64,000 nt of DNA from Eledone cirrhosa (Eukaryota), in contig OZ024745.1 in NCBI GenBank assembly GCA_964016885.1, forward strand, positions 97,278,001 through 97,342,000. Reading direction: 5' to 3'. The notes beneath the pieces are model-generated. The model did no database searches, had not been told where the DNA came from, and was given only the letters and a program-made list of their open reading frames with translations. Below, piece after piece: positions 13,020 through 25,402 of this stretch. Position numbers and translations under genes: made by a program. Every line of letters begins with the position of its first letter. The first letter of the stretch is position 1.

Positions 13020-13478
13020 TATGAAGAGAGAAGAAACATTTAGATATAATTAGTAATAAAATGTATCATACCTAAACTGTTCCTAAATTCCTCGACTACG
13101 TAGTTTCGTGGCATAAACAAAAACAATATATCAAAGATATAGAGTCCTTGCGAGGTCTGCCGACACATGTATATATGTGTGCGTCCGCATGTATCTGTGT
13201 GTTTCTAAATATATTAATAACTCCCTCTGGTCGAGCAATCTTTGAGGTGTGGGGACAACTGGAAAGCTTCCATTACTCATACTTCTCGCCTTCTTCACTA
13301 CCTCTTCTACGGCCTCGATATGAATACCCCCTCCGCCTCCGTGGTATTTTCTTCGTGGTTATAAGAGGCTTAGCTCTGTTTCTCGACCGTTATATCGCGT
13401 GACTATCTCCCCCTCCGCCTTTTTGGGATTCTTTCTCACGTCGTGTAGACGCGTTCTTGAGACTAGTAAAATGAGGTA

Positions 13479-13566
13479 TCCTCTTGATAAGTCGGCAGAC
13501 CTCGCAAGGACTCTATATCTTTGATATATTGTTTTTGTTTATGCCACGAAACTACGTAGTCGAGGA
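13479..13566 (+). ncRNA. Type I hammerhead ribozyme with U3-A8 variant core (family D, copy 1)
   Basis: Stem I TCCTC/GAGGA; core TTGATAA; stem II base GT(C)GGCA/TGCCAC with a long extension; GAA; palindromic ACTACGTAGT; cleavage after C13561. Confidence 0.78.
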
Positions 13567-14068
13567 ATTTAGGAACAGTTTAGGTATGATACATTTTATT
13601 ACTAATTATATCTAAATGTTTCTTCTCTCTTCATAATGTATTTTTAACTCTGATACTGGTTCAGTCTAGTTCAAACTGAATTGGTCTGTCCCAGTCATTC
13701 ATTGAGCAACATCGGTGAAGTTGGCACCCTTAACTCACAGTTGGGTGCGGATGCGTTCATGTATATATGTGTGCGTCCGCATGTATCTGTGTGTTTCTAA
13801 ATATATTAATAACTCCCTCTGGTCGAGCAATCTTTGAGGTGTGGGGACAACTGGAAAGCTTCCATTACTCATACTTCTCGCCTTCTTCACTACCTCTTCT
13901 ACGGCCTCGATATGAATACCCCTCCGCCTCCGTGGTATTTTCTTCGTGGTTATAAGAGGCTTAGCTCTGTTTCTCGACCGTTATATCGCGTGACTATCTC
14001 CCCCTCCGCCTTTTGGGATTCTTTCTCACGTCGTGTAGACGCGTTCTTGAGACTAGTAAAATGAGGTA

Positions 14069-14156
14069 TCCTCTTGATAAGTCGGCAGACCTCGCAAGGA
14101 CTCTATATCTTTGATATATTGTTTTTGTTTATGCCACGAAACTACGTAGTCGAGGA
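14069..14156 (+). ncRNA. Type I hammerhead ribozyme with U3-A8 variant core (family D, copy 2)
   Basis: Same sequence as 13479-13566, offset by 590 bp; cleavage after C14151. Confidence 0.78.
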
Positions 14157-14400
14157 ATTTAGGAACAGTTTAGGTATGATACATTTTATTACTAATTATA
14201 TCTAAATGTTTCTTCTCTCTTCATAATGTATTTTTAACTCTGATACTGGTTCAGTCTAGTTCAAACTGAATTGGTCTGTCCCAGTCATTCATTGGGCAAC
14301 ATCGGTGAAGTTGGCACCCTTAACTCACAGTTGGGTGCGGATGCGTTCATGTATATATGTGTGCGTCCGCATGTATCTGTGTGTTTCTAAATATATATAT

Positions 14401-14556
<156 letters not shown>

Positions 14557-14689
14557 GTGTGTGTGTGTGTATATATATATATATGTATTTAGTGGTAGAA
14601 CACTGGAAGGTAATATCCGTAGTGGTAGAGCACTCAGCCCATGGGACGAGTTAGGTAGGAGTGGTTACACAACAGTTAGTTCACCATAC

Positions 14690-14727
14690 CGAGAACAATT
14701 GTTTCACCTTAGCGGATCCTCAGCTCG
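14690..14727 (-). ncRNA. Minimal type I hammerhead (family E) in the inverted pLTR
   Basis: Minus strand reads CGAG-CTGAGGA-T-CC-GCTAA-GG-T-GAA-ACAATTGT-T-CTCG. Confidence 0.8.
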
Positions 14728-15088
14728 TAATGGACATGGTTATACGGAACAGGAAGGATAACCGTACGAACGCGCATGCGCAGAAACGATCACTTCACAC
14801 AGTCAATACTAACATGCGTGCGAGAGGTGTAAGGGAGATAACTGCGAAAGTCCGAAAAATTTCTAGTTGATAAGAAAATTAGGATGTCGTAATTCAAACC
14901 GGAGCTTTGTAGTTAAGTAAGAGGTGTTTCCAGACGTGTGGACAACGTGTGAAGAATTCATTTCTCGTGTTTAGGCAATCACTATTGCGTAATCTCTTTT
15001 AAATATTTATTCGTTCATCAATACATAGTCCAACGACGGAGTAGCCTGGGCAAAGAAGTCAACAACTTCAGACCTATTCGACGTCTCC

Positions 15089-16264
15089 ATGGAATCGTTT
15101 GATAGTGCTGACGTATGCGACTTGGTTAGCTTATTTATTTCAGACATATTACGTGTTAGATTCCCGGACTTCCACACGGGAATATACCGCGACGATGGAC
15201 TGACCTTATCGAGCCATAAAAGTGGTCACGACCTCGACCGGTTTAAAAAAGACTTAGCTTCTACCTTCAATGAGTTAGGACTTGGGATAACAGTAGCTAC
15301 CAACCTCTCTAGCGTAGATTTCTTATACATTAATTTTAACCTTCGCACACACACCTACAGACCCTTCCATAAGCTAAACGAAAAACTCAATTACATTCAC
15401 AAGGACTCATGCCACCCTCCCACTGTTTTTAGAAACTTCGTAAATAATATCAGTACTAGAATCTCAAACCTCTCCTCTAATAAGGCTATCTTTGACAGGG
15501 CGGCACTCTACTATAACACGGCGTTAGCTAACAGCGGCTTCTCGCAACCTATCACTTACACTCCCATTATCAACAACAGCAATAAGAAAAGAAAGCGTAG
15601 CAATAGACAAACTATCTGGTTCTCTCCTCCCTTCTCACTCATCGTTAAAACCAATGTAGGCAAAAAATTTCTAGCCCTCTTAGATAGACACTTTCCCATA
15701 GGTCATAAATACTGCTCCATCTTTAACCGACACAAAGTAAAACTAGGATACTCCTGCGCTAAGAACATGAAGGCCCACATCACCAACAGCCCTAAGAGCA
15801 ACACCCCACCAGGGTGGTCTTGCCGTAAGCCCGAAGCTTGTCCCCTTCAACAGCAATGCAACACACCCGCTGTAGTTTATGAAGCTGTGGTCACTTCCAA
15901 CCGACCAAATCAACCACAGGAGGTCATATCCTATGTGGGTATGGCGGAGGGCCGATTTAAGGAATGCTTCTTGAACCACCAGTCGACATTTAGGTACCCG
16001 GACAGGCGTTCATCCACGAATCTCGCGAGCCACGTATGGTCCCTCAAGGACTCGAGTATAGACTACTCCATTCAATGGAAAGCCATCACTAAGTCCAAGC
16101 CATACGCAAGGGGCAATCTGTCGTGTGGACTATGTATTGATGAACGAATAAATATTCTAAAGAGATTACGCAATAGTAATTGCCTAAATACGAGAAATGA
16201 ATTCTTCACACGTTGTCCACACGTCTGGAAACACTTCTTACATAACTACAAAGCTCCGGATTGA
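15089..16264 (+). CDS. Penelope/Naiad-type RT C-terminal half, Cys-rich linker and GIY-YIG endonuclease (5'-truncated, open frame)
   Basis: FDVSMESFDSADVCDLV, GIYRDDGL (RT catalytic), SCHPP, IWFSPPFS, C.R...CPL...C, VVYEA...SYVG, C.LCIDE, CLNTRNE...CPH. Confidence 0.92.
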   Translation: MESFDSADVCDLVSLFISDILRVRFPDFHTGIYRDDGLTLSSHKSGHDLDRFKKDLASTFNELGLGITVATNLSSVDFLYINFNLRTHTYRPFHKLNEKLNYIHKDSCHPPTVFRNFVNNISTRISNLSSNKAIFDRAALYYNTALANSGFSQPITYTPIINNSNKKRKRSNRQTIWFSPPFSLIVKTNVGKKFLALLDRHFPIGHKYCSIFNRHKVKLGYSCAKNMKAHITNSPKSNTPPGWSCRKPEACPLQQQCNTPAVVYEAVVTSNRPNQPQEVISYVGMAEGRFKECFLNHQSTFRYPDRRSSTNLASHVWSLKDSSIDYSIQWKAITKSKPYARGNLSCGLCIDERINILKRLRNSNCLNTRNEFFTRCPHVWKHFLHNYKAPD

Positions 16265-16433
16265 ATTACAACAACATCCTAATTTTCTTATCAACTAGAA
16301 ACTTTTCGGACTTTCGCACTTATCTCCCTTACACCTCTCGCGCGCATTTTAGTATTGCCTGTGTGAAGTGATCGTTTCTGCGCATGCGCGTTCGTATGGT
16401 TGTCCTTCCTGTTCCGTATAACCATGTCCATTA

Positions 16434-16471
16434 CGAGCTGAGGATGCGCTAAGGTGAAACAATTGTTCTCG
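16434..16471 (+). ncRNA. Minimal type I hammerhead (family E) in the 3' pLTR
   Basis: CGAG-CTGAGGA-TGCGCTAAGGT-GAA-ACAATTGT-T-CTCG; stem II is weakened by one substitution. Confidence 0.75.
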
Positions 16472-16631
16472 GTATGGTGAACTAACTGTTGTGTAACCAC
16501 TTCTATATATATGTATATATATAAATGCTTTAATAAATTCTTCCATGTATTGTCGTTTATTTTGTTACTTCTGTTTACCTTTTATATACATATATACACG
16601 CGGGAGGCGTTTTTGTGTGTTCTCTTTTATG

Positions 16632-16696
<65 letters not shown>

Positions 16697-16697
16697 C

Positions 16698-16776
<79 letters not shown>

Positions 16777-16777
16777 C

Positions 16778-16871
<94 letters not shown>

Positions 16872-17304
16872 CAGTGGTTTCCATGTTTCAGTTTGGTGGC
16901 TTCATCTGACTGGCATATGAAGCGAACAGTCTTAAACCTCGAAGTTACTGCCAAATTTTTACCTAAAACATAAAATTTACACTCTACACACAATTACTGA
17001 GTGTTCATTCTGTTAACGTTTCAATGTGGGAAAAAGTACGGTGGGATTTTAAACACCTATTCTAACACATATATTTATAAAGAGAGATTTTTTTGTTACT
17101 ACTTTTCGATCAATTTATTAGGCGCTTGATACATCACATTTACAATACCGTCTTTATATTCTGGTGTAAAACAATAAAAGCTCCCTTTTTCTACTACAGT
17201 TTAGAAGAGGCCTGGAGGAAAATGAACAAATTTTATTGCCAAGAGAATGTAATAAGAATAAGTTCAAAACTCTGTCGTTTCATGATGTGACGGTGCTAAT
17301 CATA

Positions 17305-17730
17305 ACAATAATTGTTTCTACTTTTGGCACAAGGCCAGCAATTACCCCAGTTCATTACTGCTACCTTATTTTATCGACCCCGTAAGAATGAAAGGCAAAG
17401 TTAACATCGGCGGGATTTGAACTCAGACCATAAAGGGGCGTAACTCTATTCGGGAAAGCATGGCGTTTCGACCTTCGTCTGATACTGCCAATCCACCGAT
17501 AATCATAATAATAATTGTTTCTATTTAGGTACAAGGCCAGTAATTTTGGGGGGAGGAGAAAGTCGATTAATCGACCCCATTGCATTACTGGTATTTTATT
17601 TTATCGACCACACAGGGATGAAAGGCCAAGTTAACCTCGACGGGATTTGAACTCAGATCATAAAGGGCCGTAACTGTATGCTGCGCAGCATAGCGTCCGA
17701 CCATCTAACGATACTGCAATTCACCGCTAA
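17305..17730 (-). mobile_element. Two tandem copies of the abundant tRNA-derived SINE
   Basis: Reverse complement of the family at 8230-8612 (GGGATTTGAACTCAG etc.). Confidence 0.85.
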
Positions 17731-18073
17731 CCATAATAATAATGCTAATAGAAATTTGAACTCATCAATGTATGGGTAATATGTTGGTCTTCGGGAAGAA
17801 GCCATAGCTGTATATGACATTTTAATAAAATATAAAACTATGAAAAGACACTGGAAACTGAAATTGTAAATCAAATTGATGACAAACATTCCTGTAAAGG
17901 ATGTTTTTGGTTATAGCTGCAAGCGAAGTTGGAAATATTTCAGAGAAATACTTCGCTATCAATCTCTATCTATCAGCCTATGAATTGGTACAGCTCTGCA
18001 CGCGTACAGACACGAGCACATACATACACGCATATATACATACACTCATACTCATACACTCATGCATACACAC

Positions 18074-18174
<101 letters not shown>

Positions 18175-18282
18175 AACATATATGTACACAATTATATCTA
18201 CATGTATAAATGTATAAATACACAAATATAAATGTATAAATATATTTATATATATATAAATGGTTCTTCGGACTTGCATTTT

Positions 18283-18321
<39 letters not shown>

Positions 18322-18844
18322 ATGCATATGTATACAAACACACACGCACTCCCCCCCCCCCCACACACACACACACACATTGCCCATGTGCTCTCACTCG
18401 CAATATTTAAAGGTTATATGGAGCCGCAAGTAGGTCTGTGTATGTATATGTCTGTATGTATATAGATGGATGCAGGGAGGATGTGTATATATATATATAT
18501 GTGTGTGTGCGTGTGTGTGTGTGTTTGTGGTTTGTGTGTTTGTATTTTGTGTGCGTATTTGTGTGTGTGTGTTTGTGGTTTGTGTGTATATGTGTGTGTG
18601 TGTGTGTAATACCAAGATGGTTTCTCCAGTTTTTGCTTCTATGGTTTCTTTAATCGAAGAGAAAGTGATACTGTTAAAATGTCCATGTCCCCTAATAATT
18701 TATTGATATTGATTTTATTTCTCTCAATATATGACGAAAGTTAAGAGGGGTATAGTTAAAGTCGATTGAATATATCACATTATATTACTGGTACTTTTTT
18801 TCTATTGACTCTTGATCGCTTAGTAGATGTCACCAACGTAAAAT

Positions 18845-19060
18845 TTATTTCTAATTTAGACGCAAGGTCAACAAATTTGGAGACAAGGTAAGGACAAAGC
18901 TGAAGAAATCAAACTCAGTATTTCACTGGTACATTTTGTTATCGACTCTGGGGGGATGAATGGCAAAATTGACTTTGAGCTCAGAAAGTAAAAAGCCAGA
19001 ACAAACACCATAATAGCATTTTTTCGGACGCTCTACCAAACCAATTCTGCCAATCTAATC
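18845..19060 (-). mobile_element. Degenerate SINE copy (abundant family)
   Basis: atcgac...ggatgaatggcaaaattgac motif; another fragment at 19476-19600. Confidence 0.6.
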
Positions 19061-19111
19061 TACCTCTCTTCAAACCAACACACTATTAATTGCTATTATA
19101 TCCAGGCATAG

Positions 19112-19265
19112 ATCTTTGGTGAAGGTGTTCGCTTCGCAAACACGTAGTTTGGGGCTTTATCCTACTTTGTGGCATATTGGGCAATTGTCTTCTACTAAAG
19201 CCTCGAGTTGATTAATGCCTCGGCAGAGAAATTTGGTAGGCGGAAGGTGCAGAAACCCGTCGTAT
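19112..19265 (+). mobile_element. Degenerate SINE of a second family
   Basis: ttcgcttcgcaaacacgtag...ttgggcaattgtcttctacta...tttggtaggcggaa; related copies at about 22480-22620 and 23025-23130. Confidence 0.6.
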
Positions 19266-19632
19266 ATATATAGTTTAGCAGGATCATGATGGCCTTAAAA
19301 ACAGGCACCTCGATTGAGTTGCACATCTTTGAATTATTCTGGCAACTAATCCAACCATCATTTAGTTAAATAACCAATCGGTTATTGGTGCAATCAAAGA
19401 ATGTGTGATGAAAGAGTTTTTACAATTAGGTAAATAGCCAATTAATTATTTAATGAATAGATTACACACCTCATTAATAATGGTTTCTAATTTAGGTACA
19501 AGGACAGCAATTTTGGGTGGGGGTGTAGAATTACCCCAGTATTTGACTGGTACTTACTTTCATCGACCCCGAATGGACGAAAGGCAAAATTGACTCTGAA
19601 ATCGCAAGGTCCTCAGATACGTCTCGATTCTA

Positions 19633-20076
<444 letters not shown>

Positions 20077-21727
20077 ATATATATATATTTGTATATATAT
20101 GTGTGCGTATATGTGTGTGTGTGTGTGTTTACGTTTGTATCTATGCCTGTTTTTATCTCTCGTAATACAGCGGTTCGACAAAAAAGAGATCGATGGAATA
20201 TGTACAAAGCCTGAAGATAATAATTACTGGTATTGATGCTAAAATAAATACATATATATATTTTTAATACATTTACTCCAAAAACAAGTTCACATTTGTA
20301 GTAATCGCACAAGTAAAATAACTGGCGTGATGCCGTCATCAGCTGCAAGCAAAATTAAGACGACTTAACGAAATATATTGTTTATATATAAATCAGTATA
20401 CAAAATTTAACGCCGGAAACTAACGGAAAATGCTTTAATTTTTGAGAATTTTGTTGCTTTGTTTGCTTGTAATAGACGTTAAAAAACCGTTTCAATAAGC
20501 GAAATTAACTTTAAAAAACTCATTTAAAATTTGTAAGTTGATTTTGAATTATTATTTTTTATTATCTTCGATTATTGGATTTATTTTCGTAAGGTCTTTG
20601 AATATAGGTTATAAATGAAACAATATGAAAGTATATGATCTAAAATGTAAATACAAAGTTAAATTTGCGTGAAGCGCGGAAGAGAAAATAAGTTACAAAT
20701 TGAAAGAATTGTTTTAAAAGAGAGAAACATTCTACAAAGTGGAGATATGAAATATAATAAAGTTGTCGAAGATTTCAAACAATTCCTAACAGTTCATAGG
20801 TTATCCATCATGAAGCTTGTATTGGGTCGTCAAGTATAAAATTTGTAGAATTTTGTGGAAAAAAAAAAAATTTCTACAAATTTCATACTTGACGACATAC
20901 TTATATGTAAAAATCCGAGCTATTGCCAGCTTGTGGACACACTCACAAATACCTATTATGCAATTACAAGCGTGCAAATTCATAAGCCTAGTTGTTGAAT
21001 ACCATTGCCATGTTTGTATATTTATCCCCATTTAATAGCGTATTCCTTTTTAAAATAAGTTTTTTTCTTTAAATTTATAAATTATTTCCTTCGTATGTTT
21101 CATACATTTATTTATTATAAATTCATATTTTCGATCATAAATATTTTAGATTTTTATATATAATGCCTATTTTCATTCCAATGCGTGTGTTTCTGCACCC
21201 ATTTAAATTTATATTCTATATATACACCTATATAATATTTTCTCTTCACTCCTTTCATTTCCATAACCAGTAAATCTTCCTTTTCGATCTCTCCTCATAT
21301 TGATTATTGGTTTTTTAAACAACGGTTATATTTTTTAACTATTGAGATTTATTTTTGTTTGTTTGTTGTTTTGTCGTTTTGTTTTGCTTTGTTTTTTGTT
21401 TCTTTGTTTCTTTGTTTCTTTGTTTGTTTTTTTGTTGTTTCTTTTGTTGTTTTTCTGGCACTAGTCAGAAGTTGTTATGACATTCGAATATTTTCTGTCA
21501 ATTTTATTGTTTTAATGATCCAAATCAGCTGACGTTCCGAACGAAGATACATGGAATAATGATTTGGGAAATTCAGTTCCAAATGAAAATACGAAACAAT
21601 TCTTCTTTCGGTTCTGAGTTGTTATTTTATTTTATTTTTTTCTTTATTTTTACTGCTGGATGATATTTGATTATTTAAATTATGTGTGAGTGTGTATATA
21701 AATGTGTTAGTGGGTGTATGTGTGCAT

Positions 21728-21810
<83 letters not shown>

Positions 21811-22065
21811 TATGTATGAATGTATATATATATATGTGTGTGTGTATGTGTGTGTGTGCGTGTGTATGTGCGTATGTATATTATATATATATATATATAT
21901 ACATATGTAGATAGATAGATATACATACATACATTTATTTATGTTTATATGTGTGTGTGTGTATATATATATGTATGATCCATAATACACACACACTTTT
22001 ATACATACATACATACATACATACATACATACATACATACATACATACATACATACATACATACA

Positions 22066-22097
<32 letters not shown>

Positions 22098-23235
22098 CAT
22101 TTCACTTTTAATTAAAAATTGGTTCCTTTAATATTGCAATATAATTATACTTGCTTTCGTTTTACATTTATGGGTTCTGAAATCAAAAGATAACCAAAAA
22201 AATATAATATTCCTTTTTTTTTATTAAATTATCTTCCTATTTATCACAATATAAAGTGTAATCAACTTTCTATATCATTCAGATGTAAATCTTATTGGAT
22301 GGGTTGTGAATAGTTGCTAACACTATTCTTGAAAATGACGCTAAATCATCGCTTGGAAACACATTGACAAATTAGATTGCCGGTAGGTAATTTGTCATTA
22401 GATGTCTGTTCACAGAATAATATTTTTACGCACTAATACTTCGAGTGTGCTCACTCTTTCCCTGTCAATCTTATACTGTGGACGCAGCATAACCGAATGG
22501 TTAAGAAGTTCCCTTCACAATCATTAGATCTCTAGTTCGATTTTTGGACAAGTGTCAATTATCATTCCTTATGAGTGACATTGGGTAGACGGGAATTGTC
22601 TGGAAGCCGATCTGATTAGCTATACCTGTATTTCAAAGTATCAGAATTATGTTAAGATTATGTGTTTGTAGAATGCTCATCCAATTGTGCTAACTTTACG
22701 AGCAGGCTGTTCCTTTTACCAAATAACTGAAACACATATCGTCGAAACCAACGGCGGGCCTTTCCTTCTAATCTAATACTTATATGCATAATGCGTTCTC
22801 TACCTACCAAATCTTCTTTAAATCACAGCCTTAAAAATGGAAGAACATATTCGCTAAAATAGCCCAGGATACAATATCTCTGAAAAATAAAAGGTGAGAT
22901 GAGACAAAGAACGCTTTCTTGTTCAGAGGTGATCTTGGACTAAACCAAAACCTCCTTACCATCAACTACGTTTTTTTTAAATAACTCAGTATCATCGTAA
23001 TTTTGCTGACCTAAAAAGCATTTCTAGGCGCAGGCATGGCTGTGAGGGAAGGTGTTCGCTTCGAAACAACGTAATTTCCGGTTCAGTCTCATTGCATGGC
23101 ATCTTGGATAAGTGTTTTCTTCTATAACCAATGTTCTATGATGGAAATTTCTTTTTTCCTTAAAGCCTCTTGGAATGTGTTTACCATCATTCCGTTAGCA
23201 TACAACTATTATGCAATATACACCTGACATTGAAA

Positions 23236-23712
<477 letters not shown>

Positions 23713-24494
23713 TGAAATAATAGAAGAAAGTTTAAGCAAAGAATCGCTGCTTTCACCCTAAACGTGATCTTCTGAAACTAACAAAGTCAATCTGTGAACG
23801 CAGAAGTGAATATTTCAAAAAACGTTGCAACCGGAGGAAGACAGTGAGACAATATTTTGGTTCGTGGAAACGTTCCCTGGCAAAGAATGGGAAAAAACGA
23901 ATATATTTGGAGCGGTGAAAAACAATTACACGCAAAGACAAAACCACGTTTATGGTATAAAAGAAGTCGTAGACTAATATTCTATTAGGTGGTTCATAGA
24001 GACGTTCTCTGGCAATGAACGAAAAAAACGTGCAATTGTTCTCCCCGCTCCACATATGACGTATTATCTTCGTTTTTTTTCGTTCATTGCCAGAGAACGT
24101 CTCTATGAACCACCTAATAGAATATTAGTCTACGACTTCTTTTATACCATAGACGAGGTTTTGTCTTTGCGTGTAATTGCTTTTCACCGCTCCAAAAAAT
24201 GACGTGTTATATTCGTTTTTACCCGTTCTTTGTCAGGGAACGTTTCCACGAACCAAAGTATCGTTTTCCTGCCTTCTTCCGGTTGCAACTTTTTTTGAAA
24301 TATTTACTTCTACGTTCACCGATTGACTTTGTTAGTTTCAGAAGATCCCGTTAATGGTGAAAGCAGCGATTCTTTGCTTAAACTTTAATCTGTTATTTTA
24401 ATAAATATTTGCTCTACGGTTCTTATATATTTGATATATATTTATCCTTATCGAGCCCTCTTTGGATTTTAGTTTTCAAATTTATTATTATTAC

Positions 24495-24550
<56 letters not shown>

Positions 24551-24633
24551 CATATATGTTAGGCTGCTCAGCCGTTAATATGCATAAGGAAAGTATATAC
24601 TTTCAGACGTTCAACCATCTGGCAGGAAGGTAT

Positions 24634-24676
24634 ACGTTGCTGACGATAGCTAATAAGCTTGAAACTAGTACAGCGT
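24634..24676 (+). ncRNA. Minimal type I hammerhead ribozyme (family H, copy 1)
   Basis: ACGTTG-CTGACGA-T-AGCT-AATA-AGCT-T-GAA-ACTAGT-A-CAGCGT. Confidence 0.88.
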
Positions 24677-24819
24677 TCCTTTGTCAGTGTTGAACAAATG
24701 AGCAACGATGGTTGCTAGACACTGTACGGCTTAATTCGGGATGTTTGTTTACAAACACGCCGAGCATTATAATAAATATTCGGTTAATCCATACATACAT
24801 ATATATATATGTGTGTATG

Positions 24820-24858
<39 letters not shown>

Positions 24859-24861
24859 ATG

Positions 24862-24908
<47 letters not shown>

Positions 24909-25132
24909 TACTGTACGTCTGTTTACATATATGTATGGACGTATACATACTTATATTTAAGTAACAGCCGTACTAAGAGTGAGAAATGAAATTTCGTTTC
25001 ATTTTTTCCGTTTATCGTTTTCGGTACCCCGGCCGATTAACTCACTCGATATGCAAATTAGGCTGCTCAGCCGTTAATATGCATGAGGAAAGTATATACT
25101 TTCAGATGTTCAACCATCTGTTAGGAAGGTAT

Positions 25133-25175
25133 ACGTTGCTGACGATAGCTAATAAGCTTGAAACTAGTACAGCGT
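25133..25175 (+). ncRNA. Minimal type I hammerhead ribozyme (family H, copy 2)
   Basis: Same motif as 24634-24676, 499 bp downstream. Confidence 0.88.
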
Positions 25176-25315
25176 TCCTTTGTCTGTGTTGAACAAATGA
25201 GCAACGATGGTTGCTAGACACTGTCCAGCTTAATTCGGGATGTTGTTTACAAACACACCGAGCATTATAATAAATGTTCGGTGAATCCATACGTACATAT
25301 ATATATGTGTGCATG

Positions 25316-25396
<81 letters not shown>

Positions 25397-25402
<6 letters not shown>

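Larger units (their letters stand above)
13015..14395 (+). mobile_element. Non-autonomous hammerhead-containing tandem element (retrozyme-like or tandem pLTR): 150-bp inverted segment plus about 2.1 copies of a 590-bp unit, in (TA)n
   Basis: Units start at 13166, 13758 and 14348 and are near identical. 13015-13164 is the reverse complement of 13491-13640. No credible ORF. Confidence 0.88.
14590..16503 (+). mobile_element. Penelope-like element (Naiad-type), 5'-truncated, with an inverted upstream pLTR, inserted in (TA)n
   Basis: RT plus GIY-YIG ORF; about 14660-15035 is an inverted copy of about 16120-16500; (TA)n on both sides. Confidence 0.93.
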
